Shown here one piece after another: positions 1-12,832 of a stretch of DNA of 60,000 nucleotides. Position numbers and translations under genes: made by a program. Below the pieces are notes generated by a model. That model had not been told where the DNA came from. It was given only the letters and a program-made list of their open reading frames with translations, and did not search any database. This DNA comes from Amphiscolops sp. MND2022 (lineage: Eukaryota): contig OZ076409.1 in assembly GCA_964187785.1 (NCBI GenBank), positions 42,658,001-42,718,000 on the forward strand. Reading direction: 5' to 3'. Within the stretch, counting starts at the first letter, position 1. Each line of letters begins with the position of its first letter.

Positions 1-449
1 GTACCTTCGTTTTTACCAGCAGCTGCAAACTATGACCTACCGTTTTTTATTTCGAATGTCCTTGTACTGAATAAAAAGTTAATGTTTTCTGCACCATGTA
101 TGGTTTTTGTACCATTACATGCTGTATGTGCATTATGGCAGTGCTTTTACAGTGTTGGGTTTCTCCGAAGCTCTCGCAATAAGTTTCAATGACTTCGGAA
201 CTCCGAAACTCTCAATATTATGGCTTCGTGTAAGATTGCCTTCGCTTCCGTTATTGAGACCTTTTTCACCTCAATATGAGTTAAATAGATTAAGAGAACA
301 GTGAAACAATAATCCTGTCACTTGGTTCGACTGATGTAGTTCCAATTATCTTGTTGGTCTTTGGTATCAAACTAACAGCTACCTACATTTGTTAGCTATT
401 CTTATCTATCATGAACGTAACCAGGTAGAAAATATTGAGTGAATTCTCA

Positions 450-972
450 TTTTTAGTCGGCGCATTTTAGTAGAAAATGTGCCCGACTCTTACAGTGGGT
501 AGTTTTTATTTTTATTTTTTTAGACGCGTAAGGTCCACTTTTTTGTTCATTTGTTCAACAACTTGAACTATGGAGGTTCAAAACAATCGAACCTCAGAAG
601 CACGTCCAAATCGAAAAGATAAAACAAAACACGTCCAGAACCTCGAAAACACACTAAGGATCCCACCTTAGCCCCACTTTTTTCGGCACTATGCGACATT
701 CTTGGAAATTTTTTAGATTGCACCAAAGGGTCCCCCTTTCATTTCTTTCGATATTTTGCAACACAATGGATGTCAAAAAATCCCAAAGGGTCCCCTTTTA
801 CATTTTTCGGCAATGTGACACTGTTCAAAAATCACTTTTTTCAAAATTTTTTGGGAAATTTTTTAAAGTCACCAAAGGGTCCCCCCTTCAATTTTCATAT
901 TTTGCAACCAGCTGGAGTTTCACAAAGCCCGAAGGCCCCCCCCCCCTTTAACAATTTTGAGCCTTAGATATA
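450..972 (+). mobile_element. Non-autonomous Helentron/DINE-1-like element, 3'-truncated
   Basis: Starts ttttAGTCGGCGC followed by a hairpin (agtcgg...ccgact). Has internal aaagggtcccc and tttcggcact repeats and ends at gagccttagata, like the complete copy at 7592-8133. Confidence 0.6.
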
Positions 973-989
973 GGCTTCGACAGTTGTTT

Positions 990-1520
990 GCCGGGATTTT
1001 TTTAAAATTTTGGTTTCAAGTCAATTGTGACTACATCGTCTAAAATCTTTCAAACGTTTACCTCCGAGATCTGTTCCTTGAAAATGGCTACGAGTTTATC
1101 CATTTAACCTCACCAGATTAGTAAGCGAACTGCCAATTTTGTTGATTTTATCAGGAGTATCAAAGAAATGGAATAGTGTACGTATTCCACCACTGTCGTA
1201 GTTTTCTTCCGAGCTTGACTGTCTTCGTTCACATCCAGATTTTGCGTTCAGTAAGGTCTCAGTATTTAATGTACGTTTCATTGAATTCGCTTTTTGGGAT
1301 TGAGGTAACCGGAGAAACCCGGAGGTAACAGGAGAAACCCGGAGGACACCGGGTAATTGGTTAGATTTTTAACCTCTTTTTATCAGTTTGGTGCTTCAAT
1401 TTTGTTTCTTCGTCCTTTGTTGACTTGTTCAACGTTTCATACTCGCATGCGGATTTTTAAAAAATTTTGCTTTCAAGTCAAATGTGACTACATCGTCAAA
1501 ACTGTTTCGAACGTTTCGTC
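990..1520. repeat. ~70-bp direct repeat pair (about 990-1060 and 1449-1516) enclosing a 20-bp tandem repeat (about 1302-1352)
   Basis: ggattttt..aaaatttt..tttcaagtcaa.tgtgactacatcgtc occurs twice; gaggtaaccggagaaacccg is repeated about 2.5 times. Confidence 0.7.
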
Positions 1521-3449
1521 GACCTGATCCAGACTTTAATTGCTATCGGTAGCGTGAATTACGCTTTTCTGTCGATATTACCAATCAGATAGCCTTTGAA
1601 AAAGACGGTAGTGGCAAAGGTAAATTTCTTCATCACAGGACATGCTAATTTGACACGGTAATTGGTAATTTACGGCATAATTAACATAGCTAGGCAACAA
1701 TTAGCAGGGAACACAAGCACGGATGCTTGCTTAAGCAAACTGACTCATTTTAAGTCATTGCAACAGTTAATAGCAATTTGCTAAAGAAAGCGAAGGTTGA
1801 AACGCTAGTCCGTATTGGCGTAATGAGCAGTATTGAGTCTATTTTCTGGCGTGTTTCGCACATTCTCGGTTCGCTCTTTTTCCGTCTTCGTTTTATGGGT
1901 CTGCTATTCGCACTGTGTCGCTGTAGGCTTTTTAATTCAGCTGGCAGGTCTTTTTTAATGACACGAAAGCGATCGGCGGAATATAACCAAAATCGTCAAA
2001 ATCTAGTCCCCTGAACGAAAATTTCAAAATTTCAGACGTCGATGTTGGGTGGTCGTTACAATTACAATGTTATGTGGCAGGCAGCAAAAAACAATCTGAA
2101 ACAACTGGAATATAGAAATGTAGTAAAATCGTTCTTTTAAGCCCTGCTGTGTTCGTCAAAATCTATTGAGAGACGTTTGGCACATTCAGATGGTTTAGTT
2201 AAACTGGACGGAAGAGCATTCACAACAGTTCAGCTAATTAAAATTGATAAACATGTTACTTGTGTATGGCTCACTACAACTCCATTTTGTAAAACATTCC
2301 AACTACAGACGATATTATCAAATGTTGGGCGCAACTTTTTGGCAAGAACGGTTGAAGGAAGTACTGAACCCCACAGGATTTGCAAATAGACATCTCTAAA
2401 ATACCAAAAAAGAACGAAACAAAAGACCTCACATTTACGGTGACATTATAAAACAAATAACCGATCACGAAGCTTCTGAACTGTTGATGGAACGTAACAG
2501 TTCTCTTGCAACGTACAGCATCAAATTAACTAGATGCTTCACCGTCTAGCACACTTTAATATCATCACAAGACGCCCGCTAAGCACCAGGATAACTTCAT
2601 CCACAAACATTTCAGGCTTCAGTCATGATTCCAACCCACAACCTCCTGTATGCCATATGGACACACTACCAACCGGGCCACAGTGGCTAAAGAATTCACA
2701 TATTAAATGGAGTAAAAAAGTGAAGATTTGGCAAACTTTAGAAAAAAAGACTACACATAAGGTGATTCTCCACTCTATATACAAACAAAATTGTTAGGTG
2801 GAAACTAATAAACCTCATATCTCGCAAGCTCATCGCGGAGTACTTGAGTAGAAATCCTGTTTCAGAACGTCAATCAAAAGACGTTTACGATCAAGAATAA
2901 GTAATGAAGTTTCAACGATTAATTATTGAATACGGTTGTATTATCAACGAAAAAAAGAACATGACTACATCAGCAAATGAAATTGATAGTGCAACTTGAC
3001 GCGGCGCGAAAAACATATCATGACTGCCAATGGATCGGTGTGAAAAAAGTTTGATTCAATCGCGATCTGCTACGTGAAACATCCAATGCTCATAGATGCT
3101 CGCACCATTGATTATTTGAAAAAAAAAATACTTCACTCGCTGAAACGAGAAAACAAAATCTGCATATTGTGGCGTTGTAAAAACTCCGAATCTTTACAGT
3201 AACGGGATCTAACCAACGGGGAAAAAGTGCCACGCGCCACGTTTCTTAAGTCATGGGAGACAAACCGAAGAAATATTTGAACAAAAACTACACAAAATCA
3301 GCAACAAAATAGCCAAAGTACCAACGACTGCAACTTAACGAAAACATTGGTCCGTCGATAGCGCTATCAACTGAAATTATTCCCTGAACATTTTGCTCAG
3401 CACAAAAAGAAATTTTCAACACAATTTTTGACCGTCTACTTTGAGGACA

Positions 3450-4150
3450 AAATCGTCTATCCCCAAAACCTCCGGAATACAATCATCGTCTTTCTTCACT
3501 ACTCAGCCTCTAATAGGATAACGGTGGCAACAAGATCTTCCTGGTGGCTTTGCTTACGAGAAGCCGAATGTTGGAATGGGAGAATTGTCAGCCTCGCAGA
3601 ATGTCCACAATGAATGTTAAACCTTTTCTACAAAGAACGAAGTAATATTCTTTGCCGCCCTATAATAGGACAAATGAGGAAAAACAATTTAATTTTGTCG
3701 GACTAATCACCGAACAAGACAAACGATTTTATACACAACTGTCTTTTGATCGGTTTAGCAAATGCCCGGCCGCCTGTTTCAGTAAAGTGCCCGTTGGTAC
3801 AACGCCATTAAAATTCTCAGACTAGTACAAAAAACTAAATTCTATTCCCAAAACCATTAGCACGGTTGAAGGATCATCTTTTGCAGGTGAAGTAACTAGA
3901 TCCATTCGCAGAAAAAAATTGAATTAATAGATATGATCTACGGAACGCGGGGAAGATTTAGAAGAACGCGCTATATGGAGACGAAAAAAAGTCTGTGAAC
4001 AAATCTATATCAAAGCTTGCGAAATACTTGGTAAAAGTCTCGATTGACGACCACTAGAGGTAATGAGAAAAAAAACCCACACTCGTATACGGTTGAACGC
4101 ATTCGAGTTACACGACAGTTGAAAACCGAAAATGGAATTATATAAAACTG
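3450..4150 (+). pseudogene. Highly decayed Ty3/gypsy integrase fragment
   Basis: Frameshifted translations give LH..(S)WW.., SFDRFSKCPAAC and IPKTIST.EGSSF, resembling the integrase Zn-finger, DRFSKW and PKTIRTD.G..F motifs. Confidence 0.5.
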
Positions 4151-5134
4151 CGACATAGGAAATTGCCCCAAGAAAAGATTACTCGACAAAAAATTACATA
4201 GAGGCGAATCCTGAAAAGTTGCATATCAAATCTTTCTCGTGAGATGGTAGTGCGTTTCATCACCTGCTGAAGGATCAAAAACTGAGAAGTCTTGAAGTTG
4301 GAATTAGAAATTATCCATTATTTTATACAAGATAAAACACTCGAAGAACAAATTCGAGGGTGCTTATCAAACCACACTGAATTCAGCAGTGGAAGGAAAT
4401 GAACCGATTTAAAAACTTGTGATAACACAACAATACATAAAAGGCTGATTAGTAAACCTGTTGTCTATACCTCACAAAAACCTACGTGGTACGAGACCCT
4501 GCGGAAAGGGGGGGCAACGATCGAACACCCTGTCACAGCGATGACATCATCGCTCATTTGACCGATAGAATCGGCAAGCAACTCTCCAATCACAGGTGCT
4601 ATGCCCATTGGCGAAGCAGTGAGTGACACATTTCCAATCACAAAACGACGGAATGGGACGGGGACGCCGTTCATGAACCAGAAACAGTTCCACAATAACT
4701 GCACGTTTAAATTCACACCGGAAGCAGTCGGAACAAATAGCTGGACCTACAATGGTGGCAAGCAATATTAATGCCAATCAAATAAACCAATTCCTAAGGT
4801 AGTGCGTGGAACGAAGAGGTACAAAAATCCGATACTGGAACAGTAATAGAAGTTGGTTTTTCTTCGCTCCAAAAAGAAATAAAGTACAACAGATGTTTCA
4901 TTTAATCTAGATAATTCAAATTTGAACTGAAAAAGCATATTAGCACCTGCATCGAAACAAAAACCGAAAGACGGGCCGGAAACTGAAATAAGCTTCCGCA
5001 GATCTAAATGGCATAGAAAAATTAATCCAGCGCTATAGTAACCCGGTTCCTCATGATTATTGCAGAAAAAACCCTAGAACAGGTGAACAAAGACAAGACC
5101 ACAGTATGAATGGTTGAGCTTCCGATCAAGAAGA

Positions 5135-5212
5135 AAAAAGCCGGCCCAAGTCGGCGCCATATTTAAGGCTCAAAAATAGCAAAAGGACTTCAAAATGTCA
5201 AACTATTCAAAA
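5135..5212 (-). mobile_element. 3' end of Helentron/DINE-like element
   Basis: Reverse complement reads gagccttaaatatggcgccgacttgggccggc, matching the terminus at 8091-8120. Confidence 0.65.
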
Positions 5213-6518
5213 CTTTGCACGCCTCGTGTCTCTGACTGCATTTCAACATGTTTGAAAACATGTTAGGCGCACTTTGACCCAATCTTGATACCAGTGGGAT
5301 AAAGTGGCCCCAAACGAAAACTAGAAAAACCGGACAATCTGCGTTCAATTTTTTAAATTATTTTTGGCCCGTTTTCTTGATTTCGGAGACATCGTGTCAA
5401 TATTACGTAAAAGGCATATAATGCTATGTAATACCGTCTGAAAATCTCATTCAAGAGTTTTCTTTACTATTGCGGTCAGCTGGTTCATTTAGAAGTTTGC
5501 AGAAACTAACTGGTACGAACGGATTTGTACCAATTGTCGATTTAGGGTTAAAGAATAAAATAAATTCTCTTTTTATAGGAATACAATACAACATTCAATA
5601 CATTCATGTTCAATATACCCAATGACTTGGTACTAAATGCAGTTGATGTTGTTTTCCTTTGAAAAGGTTCAGACAAATCCTTTTTTGAGAAAGTAGCTAC
5701 TTTTTTGTGCTGTTTTCCTGAACAAATCATGTTTACAAACTACAAGAATTTGATTGCCAAAAAATCCATTAGACAATGTATTTTACAAGGCATGGAGCCA
5801 AAAAGCTTATTTCAATGGAATGTAGTCACAAAAAAATCAATTCTATGAGCTTATTTGAAATGGCAAGGCCATCGGTTAAATTTCTGAGCGGCTTGCACGC
5901 TGACCAAACGAAGGCCGGAGTCCAATTTTATTGATAAATCAACAATCAGTTAATTCTAGCGGTTGTCATTTCGATCTCAGCTCCGACAAGTTGGGTCAAT
6001 AGGAATTTTCGTCCAGTAGTAGTCAGTAGAAAGTAATTGGAAGTTCTCCATGCATTTATAGTTATTTTCTGCCGAAATTTCATGAGCTCAAAAAAGGAAA
6101 ATCAAAAAATCAGGTCTTGAAGTTGTGGAGAAGGTATTTCAAATCTTTTGTCAAGCTGAAAAAGTTTTGATTACTGCAGATCTGACTACGTGAGTACGAT
6201 GAACTACTTTTTTGTATTCCGCACAATGTAATCCATTTGGGTAAGGAAAATTATTTTGTCAGCCAGATTTTTTTTCAACTTGAGAGATTAATTATTACAC
6301 GATTTCAATGACCGTTTAGTTTAATTCAAGCTTTTATTGCATTTTCTGAACGTTTCTCCTAAACATGGGTTTCCACAAAGCTCAACGACAAAGCCTAATT
6401 AAGGCCAGTGCTCAGCGAACCAACCCACATTTTGAACATAATCCTGTTGCCGATGTCTTTTCTATCACAGGGTGATTTTATCGTTTATTTGATCATCCAA
6501 ATAAGGCTGCTGAAAATT

Positions 6519-6659
6519 CCCAGTGTACGAAGCCATGGTACCCTTGCCAAGATCCATGGCAAGATCTTGGCAAGGATACCATGGCCATGCAAGATCGTGC
6601 AAAGGCTAACCATGATTTACCATGATCATGGCAAGGGTTCCATGGCTTCGAACACTGGG
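6519..6659. mobile_element. 141-bp MITE with CCC...GGG termini
   Basis: TIR CCCAGTGTACGAAGCCATGG / CCATGGCTTCGAACACTGGG with internal CCATGG and caagatc repeats. Confidence 0.8.
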
Positions 6660-7591
6660 GGTTAATTACTCTGGATAAAACAATGACCATTGAAAAAACA
6701 GGAACTTGCAACAATCGCCCAGCTTCCTGACTTGATGGCTAACAAATATGTTTGATTTTGTTTCTTCATATTTCACAGGTCAGATTGATTTTGAAAATTA
6801 CTTTTTTTTTGCTAGTTTTCTTCTTTGTTTTTTATTTGCTCTCATCTTGTTACTGAAAGCAGGAAGAAAGATTGGGGTGTGAAGTTGTCTTTCCAGAACA
6901 CATGTGATATCTGATGGTGATGAAATTTCCCTGGAATTGCAACTTCAATATAGGGATTCATTAACGCAATCGTTTTCAATAAGCAACCACTACTTTGGAT
7001 AATGCATTTCCATTGAAGCTTACTTCAGTTTCATTTTGATATGGGTTTTCTCCGAATACAAAAGTTTTGAAAAACTAGATTAAAGTTTTTAATTGAAACT
7101 TTTATGAGGTAGTTTATGCAAACAAAGTTTTCAACGATTTTTCATTTGGGTATTTGTTTTCAAAATTCAGTCTCCTTTTGATTAATTGAAAATTCAGGGA
7201 AACTATCAATTTGAAGCACTTTTGTATATTTTTCCAGACTAAACAGTCTTTGCAAAATGAAAGACGGCTCCAAAGAATATTAAGAAAATGGGAACCTATG
7301 ATCAAAGTTATAGTGGCCAGTGTTTTGCCATATTACTTCTCTCTTTTTTGTTTGTGAAGTCCTCGCAAGAAAATGGTTTTATCTTTCCGCATCAAGACCA
7401 GAAAAACAGTTTCTGGATTTCAGACAAAGGCCAGCTAATGTATTTTTCATTTCATTTGCCGCTGTATAGCTGCTTAAACCCACGTTTACGGATAGAGAGC
7501 TTCTGATAAACGTAAACGAATCCAGTATATTTATCGCAAATTTGTGTCACTACGTGAGGCGTCTAAACCTTAGTATGAATCAATTTGTTGA

Positions 7592-8133
7592 TTTTTAGTC
7601 GGCGTTTTCGAAGAAAATCCCGACTCTTACAATGGCTAGTTTTTTTTCGTCAGTTCAACGCGATCGGTCCACTTTTTGTGCATTAATGCACATTTACCAA
7701 CTTTTACCATATGTACTTAGTACTTCATTTTCAACGCACTCAAAGCCTCTAACATGAGATAAAAAGCCATTCCAAAGCAGAAGGGTCCACTTTTTTCGAC
7801 ACTATGAGACTTTATTCCTTTTTTCGGCACTGTGAGACTGTTCAAAATTCTGATTTTTTTTCCGAAATGTTTTTTTATTGTTCCCCCCATCATTTTTTGA
7901 TATTTTGCAACAGAATGGATGTTCGAAAAATCCCGAAGGGTCCCCCCTTTTACATTTTTCGGCACTATGCGACTTACCGGAAACTTCAAAAAAAATTCGA
8001 AAAAAATCGAAATTTTTTTTCTCAATTTTTAGTTTCTTGAGAGCTTTTGTTGTCTCCAGTTGTAGAAAAAAGTGGTTTGCGAGTCTTTTTGAGCCTTAGA
8101 TATGGCGCCGACTTGGGCCGTTCTCGGCTTGTT
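7592..8133 (+). mobile_element. Complete non-autonomous Helentron/DINE-1-like element
   Basis: 5' subTIR AGTCGGCG (7597-7604) with adjacent inverted repeat ccgact, 3' subTIR CGCCGACT (8106-8113), 3' stem-loop gccg-ttct-cggc then ttgtt; T-rich ends and no TSD. Confidence 0.7.
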
Positions 8134-8899
8134 ATTTCAAAATGAAACTCATTAAACGCTCCATAGGTGTCATGAAGAACGCTTCGCGCACAACTTATGC
8201 ATATCTACCCAAATTCATAAGGCTTCCAAGCAAATCCATGCATGGAAGCATATGATCCGTATGATATCATACAATTCCATGCATGGAACCATGACCTAGA
8301 GACCTTCCATGCAATTCCACGCATGGAATCATATGATTCCATACATGGAAGTGCATAGAACCATACGATTCCATGCATGGAAAGGTATGGAACGAAAAGC
8401 AAGAATTCGAAATTCTCAAAATTTCAAATTTTCGTTCAATTTGGGTGCCAGTTTCTGGAAACAACAGGAAAACAACTGGATTTGATTTGATTTGAACTGG
8501 AAAACGAAAAACGATACAATAAAACCGAAAATTCGAAGTGCTTCCAAACTGGTAGGTATAAGGACTTGGGTTTCCAGCTTCTTGAATTACTCCACTGACA
8601 ATTCAATTCATTCACAGTTTGTGTGAGGAATAAAAGCTAGCTTAGTTTACAAATTCGGCTGCAACAAAATGTTTATTCAGAGTTCGTATTCAAAGCTCTA
8701 AAAATAATTCATTTCACGGGATTTATTATTGAAACAATTAAACCTGGCTACATATGTCTTCGGCTCATTCAGGCAAAAATTATGTCCGTATTTCGTGCTC
8801 GCTATGAGAGACAAGTTTAGGTTAGTTTTTTTCAAGATAAAACATGTTTTGCCAAAAATTCCAATACTTTATGTATGAAATGTATTCCAATACTTTATG

Positions 8900-9110
8900 T
8901 AGAGCTATGAAATTTATTATTTAATGATATTCAGAGCTATGATATTCAGATCTATGAAATTAATTATTTTCAGAGCTAAGAAATTTATTATTTCATGATA
9001 TTCAGATCTATGAAAATTATTATTTTCAGAGCTATGAAATTCATTAATTCATGATATTCAGAGCTATGATCTTCAGATCTATGAAGTTTATTATTTTCAG
9101 AGCTATGAAT
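8900..9110. repeat. Minisatellite of cagagctatgaaatttattatt / gatattcaga units
   Basis: About 10 degenerate tandem copies of agagctatga/agatctatga. Confidence 0.85.
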
Positions 9111-9686
9111 ATTTGTTCATTTCTTGAATTTTATTTATTATACCTACCAAAACAAAATCAATGAACAGTGTTGCCATTTCAAAGTATTACACAAACAAGT
9201 CTGGTAATTTTCATTCTTGAGTTTGTGGGGTCGTGCGAACCCAGTGACCAAATACAGGCTATTCTAACTTGACAGGTCATTTGGATAACCAACACACGGG
9301 CTGGAAACAAACAAAACATGTAGTATTATCGGTGTACCGAATGTTCATTGTTCGCTTTACCCGATCGTTCATAAGAATTCATGGTGTTAAAATATGAACC
9401 AAACTTTCAAACCTGTTTAGGATTCGAGCAAGAACCAGAAACGCAAAGAAGTCATTTATTGTCATTTAGTCATTTTGGGACTAATTTTGGCTATGTTTCC
9501 GAGATCCCAGTCATTTGTTCCCAACTGTTAGGTATAAGGACTTGGGTTTTCAGCTTCTGCTAACTATGTTTGCAATTTGGAACCGAGCCCGACATTTTCT
9601 GATGTGATGTCGGTTTTTTCTCAGATCTTGTCCCAGTTGTTTTTTCAGTAATTTTATATCTTACATGCATGGAAACAGCATGAAAT

Positions 9687-10748
9687 TGTTGTATTCTCTA
9701 GATCTAGATTAAGATGGAAAAGAATAAAAGTTATATCTCTAGTTTCGACTGCTCTATATCAAATCAAATTGTACATATGTATCAAACGTAATTTAATGTA
9801 GATTGAGTTTGTTAGTAAACAACTCTAGTATCTAGACTAGATAGTTTGTAGACCGAATCTCGGTAGAGGTTAAATGGTAGTCTGAACCGGTTTGAACCGA
9901 ATATAACATTTCTCCCCTATTCTTTTCACATCTTCTTCAGTTCTAATGTTTTTTCTTTCATTATTTTGTCCCGTAATTTTTTGTCGGTGATTGCTGTCAT
10001 ATATTTTGATATCAACAATTCTTCTGCTGAAATAGTGTTAAAGTTACATTCTTTTTCGATTTCGATTAGTCGTCTCCAGAAGTCTTCCGGTGTTTCCTCT
10101 TCTGTTTGATTCGCCCAGAAGAAATCTCCACGATTATTGTATGTATTTCTTTTTGGCATGGAGAATTCGGTGAATAACCGGATTAAATCTTTCACTTTTA
10201 TGCTGTCGGGTTCCGTTTTATATTCGGCCCTGGTTATCTGGTATAGTGCTTCCGGTCCCACTCCCCACAAGAAATCTTCTTGGATTGCTTGTTCTTTTGC
10301 GGACCATCCGGAATCTGTCATGTTTTCTCCTTTCACTAGTGGTGTGATGTCCATCTTGTGTTCCCGTTTGCAAAACTGCCGGAATCTTTCTAGCCACTGT
10401 CTCGGTGTAAATACCGGATTCCCGTCTGTGGCTTTTGCTTCGAGATTTGGGACTGTATTTTTCTCTGCCATTCCGTTTTCTATGTTAAGAAATTTGTTAC
10501 AGTTTAAAAATTGGCTGACTGCGCCATGTTGTATTCTCTAGATCTAGGTTAAGATGGAAAAGAATAAAAGTTATATCTCTAGTTTCGACTGCTCTATATC
10601 AAATCAAATTGTACATATGTATCAAATGTAATTTAATGTAGATTGAGTTTGTTAGTAAACAACTCTAGTATCTAGACTAGATAGTTTGTAGACTGAATCT
10701 CGGTAGAGGTTAAATGGTAGTCTGAACCGGTTTGAACCGAATATAACA
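9687..10748 (-). mobile_element. Gag-only miniature LTR retrotransposon (1062 bp)
   Basis: Nearly identical 222-bp TG...CA LTRs at 9687-9908 and 10527-10748; 5-bp TSD GAAAT (9682-9686 and 10749-10753); minus-strand PBS TGGCGCAGTCAG and PPT ATAGGGGAGAAA. Confidence 0.93.
9926..10471 (-). CDS. gag: Truncated retrotransposon Gag (N-terminal/capsid part, 181 aa)
   Basis: Intact ATG-to-stop ORF between PBS and PPT; highly similar to the Gag remnant at 41786-42403 (RGDxFWAxQ...EFWRR.IEIEKECNFN.ISAEELLISKYMTAI). Confidence 0.85.
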   Translation of the reverse strand: MAEKNTVPNLEAKATDGNPVFTPRQWLERFRQFCKREHKMDITPLVKGENMTDSGWSAKEQAIQEDFLWGVGPEALYQITRAEYKTEPDSIKVKDLIRLFTEFSMPKRNTYNNRGDFFWANQTEEETPEDFWRRLIEIEKECNFNTISAEELLISKYMTAITDKKLRDKIMKEKTLELKKM

Positions 10749-11987
10749 GAAATTATCTTATGGAACCATATGGTTCCATGCATGGAATCGCATGGAAGAA
10801 TTATGATTTTGGATCCGGGTATGGCTGATGATATTGTTTTCTTTTCATTTGGAAGCTTTCAAATTTAACCAATCGATGGAATATTTTTTATTTTGAGCCT
10901 TCCATATCGCTTTAATCAAATTAGAGGAAAGCGCTTTTCATAACAGAAAAAATGAGTTGTTTGGAAATAATGAAGCACACTTAATCTCGTTTCTGACGCA
11001 GAGTTCTTTCTGTCTCTTTGGTGGTTTTTCCTCTATTAGGCAGAAACGGAGAAATAAGGCATTTTAATTCGATAATCCTTTGGGCCCTTAAGCCCACATC
11101 AATTGACTCGGAGATTTGTTTGGCCAAATGAACTGAAGGCAAGACCGTACAAAGAGTAACCCTTTGAAGCGCTGTGCTGGAATTAAAGCTCTCCTGCATC
11201 GGGCACGTGCAATCTTTCATACCTTTTGGTCATAAAGCCAATTTCGCACTCATCAAGAAATCAAAAATAAAAGGAGCAAAGGTGTTGAAATTATTTGAAC
11301 AGCCATTATCTTTCGACTTATTCAGCTTGTCCTCCAAATTGGAATAATCAAGTGCTGACTTAGTTCAAACACTCCCTTTATATTATTTGCCAGCAATCTG
11401 AGCAATTCCGTTTTATATTTTCATCAATATTATTTGTTTGCATGCTTTTTCACTTTATTTCAGAACATTTCTCTTTGCCATTGTTTTGTTGAATTCAGGT
11501 GTAAAAACTCGCCTCCAAAAAAAACAAATCCGCTATACATATTTCCACAAGTAATTAGTCACGAGAAACTATTCCTGAAATTTTGTTTGGATTTGATTTT
11601 TTCCTTAAATCAAAACAGATTTTTCGAAATGCAAAAAAACCACAAAACCAAAAATGCTAAATGTTTTGTTTTGCAATTTCTTAAATGATCTCAAATTTGA
11701 TTTGCGGTAAATGAATCTAGGAAAATTCATCGAGAACAACTCGTCGGAAACAACTCGCCAAAAACAACTGGTCGAAAATACTAGGCGGAAAACTTGTCGG
11801 AAAGAAACTCGCCGAAATTTCTCCGGCGGAAAAATCGTCGAAAGAACAGAAAATAATCTCAGACAAATATAGTGCTAACTTTATGATCGTACTGTGTTAC
11901 TAAGTTCCAACCTATTATGAAGTATTACACTGTTAAGTATAAAAGTGAAATATTTAAAGCAATTTTATAATTTGATGTAAGCTAAAC

Positions 11988-12832
11988 GGGGAGCAATGGC
12001 GTAGGGTGCCGTTGTAAGTTCGCCATATTTAAGTTCGCCACGTATAAGTTAGCCCGTAAAACTTAGCCACGTTTAAGTTAGCCACCATAAAAGATCGCCA
12101 CGTTTATTTTCGCCACATTTCAGCTAATGAAAGAATTTCATATCAGCGATTATTTTCATTTGGTTATATTTAGTGGCGATTAGCATACTTGTTGTATGGC
12201 TCGGTCGCTTCGCTCCCTTCGCCAAGTAGCAACATTGAGGCATGGCCATATGGCACGTCGCTCCGCTTCGCTTCGCTCCTGCATTTAGGGCACTAGGGGT
12301 ATGTGTACATATCTGACTACGTTATCGTAATTTTGAATGCTCGAATTTGATTGGCCGAAAATGTGGCGAACTTGCATGTGGCGAACATATATGGTGGCTA
12401 AATTAAATATGGCTAAGATTTACGGGCTAACTTATATGTGGCGAACTTAAAAGTGGCGAACTTAAACGGACACGTGGCGTAGTGGTTAGAGCATTCGGAC
12501 TGTTCTGGGAGGAAGCAGGTTCGAATCTCTCTCAACTCACCATTGTTGGTCCTTAAGGAATTCTTTTATCCCTAGCTTACTGGTATGGTCAATGACAAAC
12601 AATAACGCATTTGGCGGAGAAAAAGCAAACCAAAAAGAGCAACGGTGAGTCAGACCTTTGTGACCTTGAGCAAGTCACTTTGAAACTACAGCTTCAAGTC
12701 CACCATTGCTTGACCACTTGGCTGCAAATATGGTACCATAGCTTGCTATGGAAGGGCGCCGACTTAGAAAAGCAGAATTGCTTATTCAGCGTCCACCCCA
12801 CGGTAATGAGGAAATTAACTACTCCTACTCCT
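11988..12832 (+). mobile_element. tRNA-derived SINE interrupted by a MITE inside its A box
   Basis: ggggagcaaTGGCGTAG | insertion | TGGCGTAGTGGttagagc, B box GGTTCGAATC; body collinear with 43935-44321. Confidence 0.85.
12005..12474. mobile_element. 470-bp MITE with 8-bp TSD
   Basis: TSD TGGCGTAG at 11997-12004 and 12475-12482; imperfect TIR GGTGCCGTTGTAAGTTCGCCA / TGGCGAACTTAAACGGACACG; inverted arrays of aagttcgccac. Confidence 0.88.

Larger units (their letters stand above)
8208..10819. mobile_element. Foldback-type non-autonomous DNA transposon with CATGCATGG-rich TIRs, hosting a minisatellite and an LTR insertion
   Basis: Left end ccc..aaattcataa..ttccaagcaaatccatgcatggaa matches the reverse complement of the right end (ttccatgcatggaatcgcatggaagaattatgatttt..ggg); TA on both flanks. 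Confidence 0.55.

Noticed and set aside
8900..9110. CRISPR-like repeat array (also 8230-8390, 11730-11840 and 12010-12120)
   Set aside because: The repeats are degenerate and adjacent without unique spacers, there are no cas genes, and the context is eukaryotic; they are minisatellites or transposon subterminal repeats.
10137..10541. 134-aa plus-strand ORF (and similar ORFs at 29128-29403, 37312-37587, 54583-54966, 59292-59753)
   Set aside because: Antisense shadows of gag/pol coding sequence.
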